A stretch of 64,000 nucleotides of DNA from Pseudomonadota bacterium (GTDB lineage: Bacteria; Verrucomicrobiota; Verrucomicrobiia; Limisphaerales; SXTU01). Every line of letters begins with the position of its first letter. The first letter of the stretch is position 1. Location of the stretch: assembly GCA_009922615.1 (NCBI GenBank), contig RFVF01000006.1, positions 34,609-98,608 on the forward strand, written 5' to 3'. Made by a program: the position numbers and the translations under genes. A model generated the notes under the pieces. It saw only the letters and a program-made list of their open reading frames with translations. It did no database searches and was not told where the DNA came from. Below, one piece after another: positions 53,968 through 62,920 of the stretch.

Positions 53968-55386
53968 TCAGGTCGGGAGTTCCAGTTGAGACACGCCTTT
54001 CGGCAGCGCGATGCACACAAGCGTGGCGTCGCCGTCGCGGCACCAAGTGCCGGGAGTGAGCTTGAGCTGAGCGGGGACTTCGGTAAGCGGCTTCGCGTTG
54101 TCGGCGACGCGGAGTTGCGGGGGCTTTGTGGAGCTAACGGCGACGCGCAGGGTGAAGTCGGGACAGGCGAAGGGAGCACGGAGTTTCACGGTGTTCCCGG
54201 TGCGCTCGATGCGCGTGAGTTCCTTCGCGGCCCAATAGCGCGCGACCTCGCTGTTCTTCATCCAGAGCAAGTTGTCGAAGCGGGCTTGGAGCCGCTTCAC
54301 CACGTCTTGCAAAATCTTGAAGCCGACTTCGTAGCCGTTGAAGTAAATCCCGGTCCAGTGGCCGAACATCAGCGCGGGCTCGCCGCTTTGGATGACGTCC
54401 ACCATGCGGCCGCTCTTGCCGTCGGCGGTGATGAACTTGTCCGCGCCGCCGGGGTTGGTGCAGTCCCAGCCGGCGGTCCAATCGCCCGTGCAGCCGGGCA
54501 CATAGACGACGCAGCGCGGGTCGGGGCCGTCGAGGTCGGACGCGTTTTGCACCACGGGCGCGACGCTGCGGCCCGGCTCAGTGAAAAGGTCCGTGAAGTA
54601 GTGCGGAATCTCCGTGCCGCACACGTCGCGGCAGGCCTGCAAGGTGGCGAGCGCCATCTGCGGACGTGCCTTTTTGCCGAAGCCGCCGGGTGTGGTGATG
54701 CCGTCGGCGGGCAGGCCGGCGTCCTTGAGTATTTGCAGCGCGTAGGCGAGGTAAGCGCCGATTTCGTCAGCGCTCTTGCCCGTGGTCCACTCCCAGTTCT
54801 CCATGAACTTCGGCGTGACCTCGGGATACGGGTGGCCGGTCTTCAGATCGATCACGCGCGTGTGCGTGACCATCTCGGGCGTGAGGTCCCAGTGCGGGGC
54901 CATCTCCTCGCGCACGAGCTTGAGGCTGTCGGCCAGCTCGGCGCGCGTCCAGCCAGGCAGCTCGCGGTCGAGGCGGCCCACGCACGCGGGGAACGGCACG
55001 ATGCTGAACTTGCCGCGCACGCCCGCGCCGACGGCCCAGTCGTTGAAGGCGCGGAGGAACTTGTCGGGAATCTCGACCGGCCAGTCGCGCCAGTTGCGTT
55101 GGTAGGTTTTGTTCGCGCCGAGATACACCTCGTTGAACTGCGGCATGGCGAAACGGTTCAAGTTCACCAGGCAGGTCGAGTCATCAATGATGAGGCCCAC
55201 GGGCACGCGCGTGCGCGGGTTGACCACCGTGACGCCGTCGGCGCGCGGCGGGCGTTCGCCGCTGGCGGAGACTTGCGCGAAACTCTGAACCGCCGGACTC
55301 ATCAGCGCCGCGCCGGCTGCCGTTTTCAAGCTGCGCGCCAGGAAGCTGCGTCGCGTCAGGGCCTCCGTGCTTGATCTGCGTTTCAT
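53968..55386 (-). CDS. Tat-exported hypothetical protein
   Basis: MKRRSSTEALTRRSFLARSLKTAAGAALMSPAVQSFA (twin-arginine signal). The 472-aa body has no motif I can assign. Confidence 0.6.
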   Translation of the reverse strand: MKRRSSTEALTRRSFLARSLKTAAGAALMSPAVQSFAQVSASGERPPRADGVTVVNPRTRVPVGLIIDDSTCLVNLNRFAMPQFNEVYLGANKTYQRNWRDWPVEIPDKFLRAFNDWAVGAGVRGKFSIVPFPACVGRLDRELPGWTRAELADSLKLVREEMAPHWDLTPEMVTHTRVIDLKTGHPYPEVTPKFMENWEWTTGKSADEIGAYLAYALQILKDAGLPADGITTPGGFGKKARPQMALATLQACRDVCGTEIPHYFTDLFTEPGRSVAPVVQNASDLDGPDPRCVVYVPGCTGDWTAGWDCTNPGGADKFITADGKSGRMVDVIQSGEPALMFGHWTGIYFNGYEVGFKILQDVVKRLQARFDNLLWMKNSEVARYWAAKELTRIERTGNTVKLRAPFACPDFTLRVAVSSTKPPQLRVADNAKPLTEVPAQLKLTPGTWCRDGDATLVCIALPKGVSQLELPT

Positions 55387-55403
55387 CTGTGGCTCCGGTT
55401 GGT

Positions 55404-55799
55404 TCAAGCAGCCTTGCGCGCGACACGTTTCGCGAAGCTCTCGACGGTGATAACGGCGCGCTTGTGCAGACCGCGCGCGATGACCTCGTGGGCGTCGCGC
55501 ACTTCGAACTGAAAGTCCACCGTGCGCGTTTCCGTGCCGATGACGCGCGTGGTGATGGTCACGGGCTGGCCCAGCGGCGTGGGCGCGAGGTGGCGGATTT
55601 CAATTTCGGCTCCCACCGTGCGCTCGTGGTCGTTGAGGAACGGATACAGCGACTCGCGCGCGCACCGTTCGACGAGTGCCACGAGCCGGGGCGTGCTCAA
55701 CACCGCCGGCATCCCGCCGGTGGCGAAGTCAATGACGTGCTCTTGTGCGACCGTGAACTTCAGTTCGCCGACGGTGCCGATGCGGGGGCGGGATTTCAT
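55404..55799 (-). CDS. Hotdog-fold thioesterase (FlK / fluoroacetyl-CoA thioesterase-like family)
   Basis: ELKFTVAQEHVIDF...MPAVLSTPRLVALVERCA...TVGAEIEIRHLAPTPLG is typical of this small thioesterase family. Confidence 0.65.
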   Translation of the reverse strand: MKSRPRIGTVGELKFTVAQEHVIDFATGGMPAVLSTPRLVALVERCARESLYPFLNDHERTVGAEIEIRHLAPTPLGQPVTITTRVIGTETRTVDFQFEVRDAHEVIARGLHKRAVITVESFAKRVARKAA

Positions 55800-55808
55800 G
55801 AGGACGGA

Positions 55809-56255
55809 TCAGTTCGTCCGGCAGCCGAGGGTAAGCAGGACGTTGGCCCAGAGCGCCTGGTCGCCGGTTTGGATGGTGAGGACGTGGTCGGGCGATTCGA
55901 CGTGCTTGTAGAAATCCCACTTTGAGATGGGCTCAATGTTCGCGGTCACGCCGGCTTCCTTCGCGATGGCGCGGAACTCGGCCCACGCGGGCGGCTCGCC
56001 GAACTTGGCGTAGGCGTCGTCTGCGGGGATGCCCATCGTGTTCACGAAGTCCACCGGCACCGCGCTCAAGACCGCGCGCAGCACTTGCGCCACTGTCACG
56101 CAACCGGGCGCGAGGTTTAGGCAGACCAGCTCGGCGTTCGGGCCCTTCTTCGTCGAGGCGGGGTAATTGCCGTCGGCGATGAGTATCTTCGCATGGTGTC
56201 CGGCCTGCGCGCAGATGCGGAGGATGTCGGGATGGAGGAGTTGGGTTTTGAGCAT
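55809..56255 (-). CDS. RbsD/FucU family sugar mutarotase
   Basis: MLKTQLLHPDILRICAQAGHHAKILIADGNYP is the conserved RbsD/FucU N-terminus. Confidence 0.85.
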   Translation of the reverse strand: MLKTQLLHPDILRICAQAGHHAKILIADGNYPASTKKGPNAELVCLNLAPGCVTVAQVLRAVLSAVPVDFVNTMGIPADDAYAKFGEPPAWAEFRAIAKEAGVTANIEPISKWDFYKHVESPDHVLTIQTGDQALWANVLLTLGCRTN

Positions 56256-56256
56256 G

Positions 56257-56298
56257 GGTGGCTGGATGCTGGATGCTGGTGGCTAGCTGCTGGATGAA
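56257..56298. repeat. Six-unit tandem heptamer array (GGTGGCT GGATGCT GGATGCT GGTGGCT AGCTGCT GGATGAA)
   Basis: Read directly. It fills the gap between two genes and supplies the last codons (..LTSSSS stop) of the TIM-barrel gene. Confidence 0.85.
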
Positions 56299-57104
56299 GT
56301 CAGCTTGCGAAAACTCGCCATCGTCTGCGACGCGGCGGTCTCGGCGTCGGGCAGCGGGAGGATTTCCGCTGAGAGGTAGCCCGCGTAGCCGATGTCCCGC
56401 AGCGCGGCGGCAATGGGCGCGATGTCCGTGTGACCCAGGCCGATGGCACGACGATTCGAATCCGCGAAGTGAACGTGGCCCACGAGCGCGCCGGTCTGGC
56501 GCAGCGACTCGGCGAGGTTCTGCTCCTCGATGTTCATGTGGTATAGGTCGCAGAGGAGCCGGACGTTCTTGAGGCCCCGTTGCGTGAGGAACTCGACGGC
56601 GTCGGCGTTGCGATTGAAGAGGTTCGTCTCGTAGCGATTGAGCGGTTCGTAGAGAAGCACCTGTCCGTGCGCGGCGGCGCGTTCGGACAGTGCCTTGAGT
56701 TCTTCCGCGAGCCAGTCGAGCGCCCGCTCGCGCGTGACCACGCCTTCCCAGCGGCCTTGCATGGAGCCGATGATCGTGGGCGCGCCGAGGTAGCCAGCGA
56801 GGTTGATGATGCCGTAGATGAACTCGCGGCCCTTCGCGCGCACGGCGGGGTCGGGGTCGGTGAGGCGGAGCTTGTGCTTCACCCAGCCCGCGCCCGTGCC
56901 CACGGCGGCAACCTTGAGCGAATGCTTCTCCATCAACTCGCGCGCCGAGCCGACGGACACAGCGTTGGCGGCAGGCGGGAAAATCTCCACCGCATCGAAG
57001 CCATGCCGCGCGGCGGCGGCGAACCCGGCGGCGAGGTCGTCCCAATACACGAACGGGCCGCCGCGCGCTTCGTTTACGAGAGAAATGGTGATGGCTGATT
57101 TCAT
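56283..57104 (-). CDS. Sugar phosphate isomerase/epimerase (xylose isomerase-like TIM barrel)
   Basis: GFDAVEIF..., ...LLYEPLNRYETN..., ...GHVHFADSNR... Confidence 0.8.
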   Translation of the reverse strand: MKSAITISLVNEARGGPFVYWDDLAAGFAAAARHGFDAVEIFPPAANAVSVGSARELMEKHSLKVAAVGTGAGWVKHKLRLTDPDPAVRAKGREFIYGIINLAGYLGAPTIIGSMQGRWEGVVTRERALDWLAEELKALSERAAAHGQVLLYEPLNRYETNLFNRNADAVEFLTQRGLKNVRLLCDLYHMNIEEQNLAESLRQTGALVGHVHFADSNRRAIGLGHTDIAPIAAALRDIGYAGYLSAEILPLPDAETAASQTMASFRKLTSSSS

Positions 57105-57113
57105 GCAAAACTC

Positions 57114-58364
57114 CTAGCCGATGAACAACGGCTTGAGGTGCCGGTCGTAGAGATTCTCCGTCACGTTCTTCGCTACGATGGCTTCGTTGGCCTTCAGCAA
57201 GTCCGTGTAGTGCGTGCCGGCCTTGGCTGCGAGTTTGAACGAGACGTGCAGAAGTTGGCGGATGTGGGCGTTGAAGCCGGGGTGGCCGGGGATGTGCCGG
57301 ATGGCGCTGGCGAGCTGTGGGCCGGTCCAGGTGTTCACCACGTCGGCGCTCGGGAGCTTGGTGCGATCAATGTCGATGACGCTGGCGTAGGGCGCGCATA
57401 GCTCGTCCACGTGCGCGAGGGCGTAGGCATAAATCTCCTTGGCCAGCGCAAGGCCATCGCCACCCGCCTCGGCGAGGCCGATGAGTTCCTCCAGCCACGT
57501 CGTGCCGGCGGTCTTGAGGTGGACACCTGCGCCGGTGCGCTGGAGCGCGCGGCGGATGATGGGGTAGAGGCTGAACTTGTCGCTGCCGCTGTGGACGCTG
57601 AGCTTGAGGTTCTTCGGCAGGCCGTAAGCCTTCACGGCGTGCGCGATGACGGCGAGGTCGTCGTTGAACTCACGCTCGAACTGCGCGAGGTCGCCGACGT
57701 AATCCACGCCTTTGTTGAAGCGCCCGGTGAACTTCGGCGCGATGGTTTGCGCGTAAACCCCGGCGTCGGCGAGGAGAGCGAGGATGATGAGCAGTTCGGG
57801 CGGGGTCTGCGGCGTGTCGGTCTCGTCCATGGAGACCTCGGCGATGAATTGCTTCGCGCCTTTCGAGCGTTTGATGTGCTGGAAAATTTGCCCGGCCTCC
57901 CACGTGGCGCTGAGATATTTCCGCGCAATGGCGGCAACGCTGGTTGCGTCCGTCTGAAAAGGCTCGGCGATGCCCGCGATGGTCACGGTGCCGATGAGTT
58001 CGGGGTGCTTGGCGAGGAAGCGCTCGACGTAGCGATCCTCCGGCGGCTTGCCGATGCTGTCGGCCACGTCAATGGTGAAGAAGTCGGAGCACGGGAGAAA
58101 CTTGTCCACGGTTTCCATGCGGATGTGGTCGGCGTCCACGTGCCAGCCGCCGGTCCAGTTAAGCGCCTCAACCGCTGCCTGCGCGGCGTCGAAGACGCTC
58201 TGCGGGTGCGAGCCGATGAACGTGTGCTCGCGGTTGGATTTGTTCCAGACGGGCACGACGGCGACGCCTTGCGCGGCAGCGAGCTGGAAGGCTTTGAGTT
58301 GGGCCTTGGCTTGGTGGGCGAAGCGGTCGCCCACGCCGATGGTGAATTTTTCGAGTAGCAACAT
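57114..58364 (-). CDS. UxaE-like tagaturonate/fructuronate epimerase family protein (tentative)
   Basis: MLLLEKFTIGVGDRFAHQ..., ...WHVDADHI..., ...SVHSGSDKFSLYP..., ...HLKTAGTTWLEE... as I recall for the UxaE fold. I prefer the ATG at 58364. Confidence 0.5.
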   Translation of the reverse strand: MLLLEKFTIGVGDRFAHQAKAQLKAFQLAAAQGVAVVPVWNKSNREHTFIGSHPQSVFDAAQAAVEALNWTGGWHVDADHIRMETVDKFLPCSDFFTIDVADSIGKPPEDRYVERFLAKHPELIGTVTIAGIAEPFQTDATSVAAIARKYLSATWEAGQIFQHIKRSKGAKQFIAEVSMDETDTPQTPPELLIILALLADAGVYAQTIAPKFTGRFNKGVDYVGDLAQFEREFNDDLAVIAHAVKAYGLPKNLKLSVHSGSDKFSLYPIIRRALQRTGAGVHLKTAGTTWLEELIGLAEAGGDGLALAKEIYAYALAHVDELCAPYASVIDIDRTKLPSADVVNTWTGPQLASAIRHIPGHPGFNAHIRQLLHVSFKLAAKAGTHYTDLLKANEAIVAKNVTENLYDRHLKPLFIG

Positions 58365-58483
58365 GCGGGGCGAAGTGTGTGGACGCGGCGCTGGATGACA
58401 AGCGCGGACTAGCCGGTGAAATGCAGGTTGCGCCCGGCGGGCATGACGATTATGGAGAGCGCGCCGCTGGTTCCAGCGTTGGC

Positions 58484-59293
58484 ATGACCGAGTTTTACGA
58501 CACACACGCACATTTGGATTTTCCTGACTTCGCGCAGGAAGTGCCGCAGCTCGTGGCGCGGGCGGCGGCGGCGGGCATCACGCGAATTATCAGCATCGGG
58601 ACGGACTTGGAGAGCAGCGCGCGGGCGGTGGCCTCGGCTGAGGCGCACCCGGCGGTGTTTGCGGTGGTGGGCTGGCATCCGAATGAAGCGGTGAGCGCGC
58701 CGAAGGATTTCCGGGCTGAACTGCGCGCGCTGGCTAAGCATCCGAAGGTCGTGGGGATCGGCGAGACGGGCTTGGACTACTACCGGTTGCCCAGCGCCAA
58801 CGGCGGCTCGGCGGAGGACGACGCGCTCGTGAAGGCACGGCAAGCGGAGGTGTTTCAGCAACAGCTCGAAGTAGCGGCGGAGGTGGGGTTGAACTGCGTC
58901 ATTCACACGCGCGGCGACTGTTTCGACGAGACGTTGCGGTTGATGTCGCCGTTCGCCGGGCGTGTGCGCGGCGTATTTCATTGCTTCGTCGGCACGCCGG
59001 AGCAGATGCACCGGGTCATGGCGATCAATTCGTTTGTCAGCTTTACCGGCATCACGACATTCAAGAATGCGCAGACTGTGCGCGACACGCTGGCGGCGAC
59101 GCCGACGGGCCGATTCATGCTGGAGACGGACGCGCCGTTTCTCGCGCCGGTGCCGTATCGCGGCAAACGCTGCGAGCCAGCCCACGTGCGGGAGATCGCG
59201 GCAGCGGTGGCGCACGTGCGTGGATGTTCGTTGGAGCAACTGAGCGCGGCGACGTGCGCGGCGGCGCGGGAGTTTTTCCCTAAGCTGGTATGA
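58484..59293 (+). CDS. TatD-family metal-dependent hydrolase/DNase
   Basis: MTEFYDTHAHLDFPDF, ...IGETGLDYYR..., ...VIHTR..., ...ETDAPFLAPVPYRGKRCEPAHV. Confidence 0.9.
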   Translation: MTEFYDTHAHLDFPDFAQEVPQLVARAAAAGITRIISIGTDLESSARAVASAEAHPAVFAVVGWHPNEAVSAPKDFRAELRALAKHPKVVGIGETGLDYYRLPSANGGSAEDDALVKARQAEVFQQQLEVAAEVGLNCVIHTRGDCFDETLRLMSPFAGRVRGVFHCFVGTPEQMHRVMAINSFVSFTGITTFKNAQTVRDTLAATPTGRFMLETDAPFLAPVPYRGKRCEPAHVREIAAAVAHVRGCSLEQLSAATCAAAREFFPKLV

Positions 59294-59323
59294 GACGTTG
59301 TTGCACCTCAGAGCTTTCCTGAT

Positions 59324-62300
59324 TTGCGGCGACGGGCACTTGCCGTAGGCTTCAGCACGACGCAGTTGAAATCACTTTCCACATCGGGCCGTGTGGCCTT
59401 GGGAACCGGCTTGTTTTGCCTGGGGATAGGTGGCTTCGTGCTGGCCGGATGGTGGTTGGATATTTCAGCGTTCAAGGCCTTTCTGGCTCCCACGGGTTAC
59501 ATGAAGGCCAACTCCGCGTTGTGCTTCATCCTGGCGGGCGCGGCGCTCGCGTTGAACTCCACTTCGCAAGTTCGCCGCTGGGAATGGTTGGTGGCGGGCG
59601 TGCTTGCCGTGCTGGTCACGTTGATCGGCGGACTGACGTTGGGGGAGTATCTGTTCGGCTCGGATCTCGGCATCGATGAGCTGTTGGTCACGGATGCTGA
59701 CGGCGATGAGTTGGCACCGCCGGGGCGCATGTCGGTGAACGGGGCGCTCGGTTTCATGCTGGCGGGCACGGCGCTGCTGTTTCTGAACGGCCAGCCAAAG
59801 AAGCCGCGTCGGCCGATGGCGGTGGGCCTGCTCGCGTGCGTGTTGTTCGGCCTGGCATTGTTTTCCCTGTCTGGGCTCGCGTTCGATGTGCCGACGACTT
59901 ACCGGTGGGAGGGTGCAAAACCGATGGCTTTCCGTTCGGCGCTTGGCTTCATGGCGTTGGCCGCAGGCATCATGGCGGTGGCGCATGAGTGGGGGCAGCG
60001 TGAGGGGCTCGCGCTGGTGCGCTGGCTGCCGTTGGCTGTCGGCACCAGTGCGATGACGGTGACGTTGATGCTCTGGCAGGCGTTGCGCGTGCAGGAGGAG
60101 CGGCAGATCGACCGGTTCATGGCGCAGCAAGTGCGCGAGGTGCATCAGCTCATCAATGCGGAGTTGCAGGCGCGAATCCTCACGCTCACACGAGTGGCAC
60201 GGCGTTGGGAGGCGCCGGCTCAGGCTCCCCGCCGGGCCGCCGAGTGGGAATCGGACACGCTGCTTTATCAGAGTCACTATCCAGACTTGAAGGCGTTGGG
60301 TTGGGTGGATGAAAAACTGGTGCCGCGCCTCGTGTATCCGCGCCTTGGGTTGGCTGTGCTCGACACCAATGCGATTGGCAACCTGCGCCGCGACGAATTG
60401 CTGCGCGTGGCGCGGGACCGGGAGGAGCCGCTGGTCTCCACGACGACGGACATCGGTGGCGAACGGGGTTTTCTGGTTTTGGCCCCGATCCGGCAGGGGA
60501 CGAATTTCTCGGGGCTGGTGACGGGCTTGTTTGGCGTCAAGGGTCTGGTGGAGGCGGCGCTGGGCCCGGTGAAGCGCGGCCACTGGCTCAAGCTCAATGA
60601 AGGGGACCGCGAGATCTACCGCAGCAGCACGGTGCCGGACGAGCAGGCGCGCTCGCGGCAGGTGGAGATGCGCCTGCCGGAGGTGACGTGGACGTTGCGC
60701 GTCTGGCCCACGCGCGAGACATTGCAGGAATTGCGCACGCCGCTGGCCACCGTGGCCTTGGGCGGGGGCGCGACGCTGGCCGCGTTGCTGGGCATCGCGA
60801 CCTATCTGGCCCAAACTTCTCGCGCCCGGGAACAGCAGTTGCGCACGAGCAATCGCGCGCTGGAATCCGAGGTGGCGGATCGTCGTCAGGCACAGGAGCG
60901 AGAGCGCGAGAGCCAGCAGCGGTTGCTGGACATCTTGGACAACAGCTTTGCGGTGATCTACTTGAAGGACGCGCAGGGCCGTTACCTGCTCGTCAACCGC
61001 CGTTACGAAACACTTTTCCACGTCCAGCGCGAAACCGTGCTGGGCAAGACGGACTACGACATCTTCCCCAAGCTGATGGCGGATGCCTTTCGGGCCAACG
61101 ATGAGCGGGCGTTCAAGTTGCGCGATGCCATCACCATCGAGGAGATCGCGCCGCAGGATGACGGGCTGCACACTTACATCAGCGTGAAGTTCCCGCTGCG
61201 CGATGCGGCGGGCGAACCGTATGGCGTGTGCGGCATTTCGACGGACATCACGGCCCGCAAGCGGATCGAGTCCCAATTGCGCGCCAGCAACGGGGCGTTG
61301 GAATTCGCCAACCACCGGCTGCGCGGCATCATCGAGGGCACGCACGACCGCATCGCCGCGCTGGACATGCGCTATTGCTTTCTCACCTTCAACTCCGCGT
61401 ATCGTGATGCGTTCCGGCGGGACTTTGGGCGGGATATCCACATCGGGATGCGGCTTTCCGACCCGCTGGCACACGTGCCGGAGGAGCAGGAGGCGCAGTT
61501 GCTTCTCTGGGCGCGCGCGCTCAAGGGCGAAATTTTCACGGTCACGCGGGCGATGAAGTCCGGCGACGAGGTCCGGCATTTTGAAATCAGTTTCAGCCCG
61601 ATCCGCGACGAGCAGGGCGAGTTGCTCGGCGCGGCGCAGCACGTCCGGGACATCACGGACCGCCAGCGCGCCGAGGATGAACGCGCGCGGTTGCTGGCCG
61701 AGGTTGCCAGCCGCAATGCGCTGCTCGAGGCGGCGAACAAGGAGCTCGAGGCCTTCTCCTATTCCGTCTCGCACGATTTGCGCGCCCCGCTGCGGCACAT
61801 TGATGGCTTTGCGGGGTTGCTCCAGCGCACGGCGGCGGCGAAACACGATGAGAAGGAGCAGCGTTACCTCACGCTCATCACGGAGTCCGCCAAGCGCATG
61901 GGCCGGCTCATCGACGATCTGCTGGACTTCTCGCGCATGGGTCGCGCCGAGATGCGCCGGGACACCGTGGACATGGATGCCCTCGTGCGGGCGGTGTTGC
62001 GCGATTTGGAACCAGATACGCAGGGGCGCGTGATCGAATGGCGGGTTGCGCCGCTGCCGCCAGTATTGGGCGACGCCTCCTTGCTGCGGCAGGTATGGAT
62101 GAACCTGCTTTCCAACGCGGTGAAATACTCCCGCCCACGGGCTCGGGCCGTCATCGAGGTTGGGAGTGAAATGAGGTCCGTCGGCGAAATCAGGTTCTTC
62201 GTTCGCGATAATGGCGTAGGCTTCGAAATGAAGTATGCCGATCATTTGTTCGGCGTTTTCCATCGACTGCACCGGGCCGAGGATTTCGAGGGGACGGGCA

Positions 62301-62422
62301 TCGGGCTGGCGAACGTGCGGCGCATCATTGCACGGCACGGCGGGCGGACTTGGGCCGAGGGCCAGCCAGACGCGGGTGCCACGATCTGGTTCAGCCTGCC
62401 GAAAGCGGAGGAAAAGAGTTGA
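59324..62422 (+). CDS. Multi-TM sensor histidine kinase (periplasmic sensor, two PAS domains, HisKA, HATPase_c)
   Basis: It has N-terminal hydrophobic segments and a second TM segment (LATVALGGGATLAALLGIATYL). The PAS-like blocks are (FAVIYLKDAQGRYLLVNRRYE; RIAALDMRYCFLTFNSAYRD). The H-box is FSYSVSHDLRAPLRHI. The N/G boxes are (NLLSNAVKYS; DNGVGF; GTGIGLA). The start is uncertain (TTG at 59324, TTG at 59366 or GTG at 59393). Confidence 0.85.
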   Translation: MRRRALAVGFSTTQLKSLSTSGRVALGTGLFCLGIGGFVLAGWWLDISAFKAFLAPTGYMKANSALCFILAGAALALNSTSQVRRWEWLVAGVLAVLVTLIGGLTLGEYLFGSDLGIDELLVTDADGDELAPPGRMSVNGALGFMLAGTALLFLNGQPKKPRRPMAVGLLACVLFGLALFSLSGLAFDVPTTYRWEGAKPMAFRSALGFMALAAGIMAVAHEWGQREGLALVRWLPLAVGTSAMTVTLMLWQALRVQEERQIDRFMAQQVREVHQLINAELQARILTLTRVARRWEAPAQAPRRAAEWESDTLLYQSHYPDLKALGWVDEKLVPRLVYPRLGLAVLDTNAIGNLRRDELLRVARDREEPLVSTTTDIGGERGFLVLAPIRQGTNFSGLVTGLFGVKGLVEAALGPVKRGHWLKLNEGDREIYRSSTVPDEQARSRQVEMRLPEVTWTLRVWPTRETLQELRTPLATVALGGGATLAALLGIATYLAQTSRAREQQLRTSNRALESEVADRRQAQERERESQQRLLDILDNSFAVIYLKDAQGRYLLVNRRYETLFHVQRETVLGKTDYDIFPKLMADAFRANDERAFKLRDAITIEEIAPQDDGLHTYISVKFPLRDAAGEPYGVCGISTDITARKRIESQLRASNGALEFANHRLRGIIEGTHDRIAALDMRYCFLTFNSAYRDAFRRDFGRDIHIGMRLSDPLAHVPEEQEAQLLLWARALKGEIFTVTRAMKSGDEVRHFEISFSPIRDEQGELLGAAQHVRDITDRQRAEDERARLLAEVASRNALLEAANKELEAFSYSVSHDLRAPLRHIDGFAGLLQRTAAAKHDEKEQRYLTLITESAKRMGRLIDDLLDFSRMGRAEMRRDTVDMDALVRAVLRDLEPDTQGRVIEWRVAPLPPVLGDASLLRQVWMNLLSNAVKYSRPRARAVIEVGSEMRSVGEIRFFVRDNGVGFEMKYADHLFGVFHRLHRAEDFEGTGIGLANVRRIIARHGGRTWAEGQPDAGATIWFSLPKAEEKS

Positions 62423-62467
62423 AACTGCCTTCGCACTTCGCGTCGGATAGGGACTCAGCTAACTGAC

Positions 62468-62920
62468 ATGGCCTCGGGACTCAAACGCATCCTCCTCGCA
62501 GAGGATAATCCGAACGACGCGGAGCTTGCCCTCTCCGCGCTGGATGAACACCGGCTCGCCGACGAGGTCGTGCTCGTCCGTGACGGCGCAGAGGCGTTGG
62601 ATTACCTGCTGCGGCGCGGCCCGCACGCCAACCGGCCGGCTGGGCATCCCGTGGTGGCCTTCCTTGATCTGAAAATGCCGCGCGTGGACGGGCTCTCGGT
62701 CTTGCGCCAGATGAAGGCAGATCCCGAATTACGCACGATTCCGGTGGTGATTCTGACCTCGTCCCGCGAGGAATCGGATCTCGCGCAAAGCTACCAGGCC
62801 GGCGTGAATGCCTATGTGGTCAAGCCGGTGGATTTCCAGCAATACCTTGAGGCAGTCCAGCAGCTCGGCCGGTTTTGGGCACACATCAACGAGCCGCCGC
62901 CGGTGCGCGCCACGGCGTGA
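62468..62920 (+). CDS. Stand-alone response regulator receiver protein (Rcp1-like), cognate to the upstream kinase by position
   Basis: RILLAEDNPNDAELALSAL...VAFLDLKMPRVDGLSVLRQMKADPELRTIPVVILTSS...YVVKPVDFQQY. Confidence 0.85.
   Translation: MASGLKRILLAEDNPNDAELALSALDEHRLADEVVLVRDGAEALDYLLRRGPHANRPAGHPVVAFLDLKMPRVDGLSVLRQMKADPELRTIPVVILTSSREESDLAQSYQAGVNAYVVKPVDFQQYLEAVQQLGRFWAHINEPPPVRATA

Noticed and set aside
53883-54179. 98-aa ORF ending ...MKHGLNTDSKRFPSVFHLCPICG
   Set aside because: It overlaps the 3' end of the Tat-protein gene in another frame, and its tail is simply the translated intergenic hairpin repeat.
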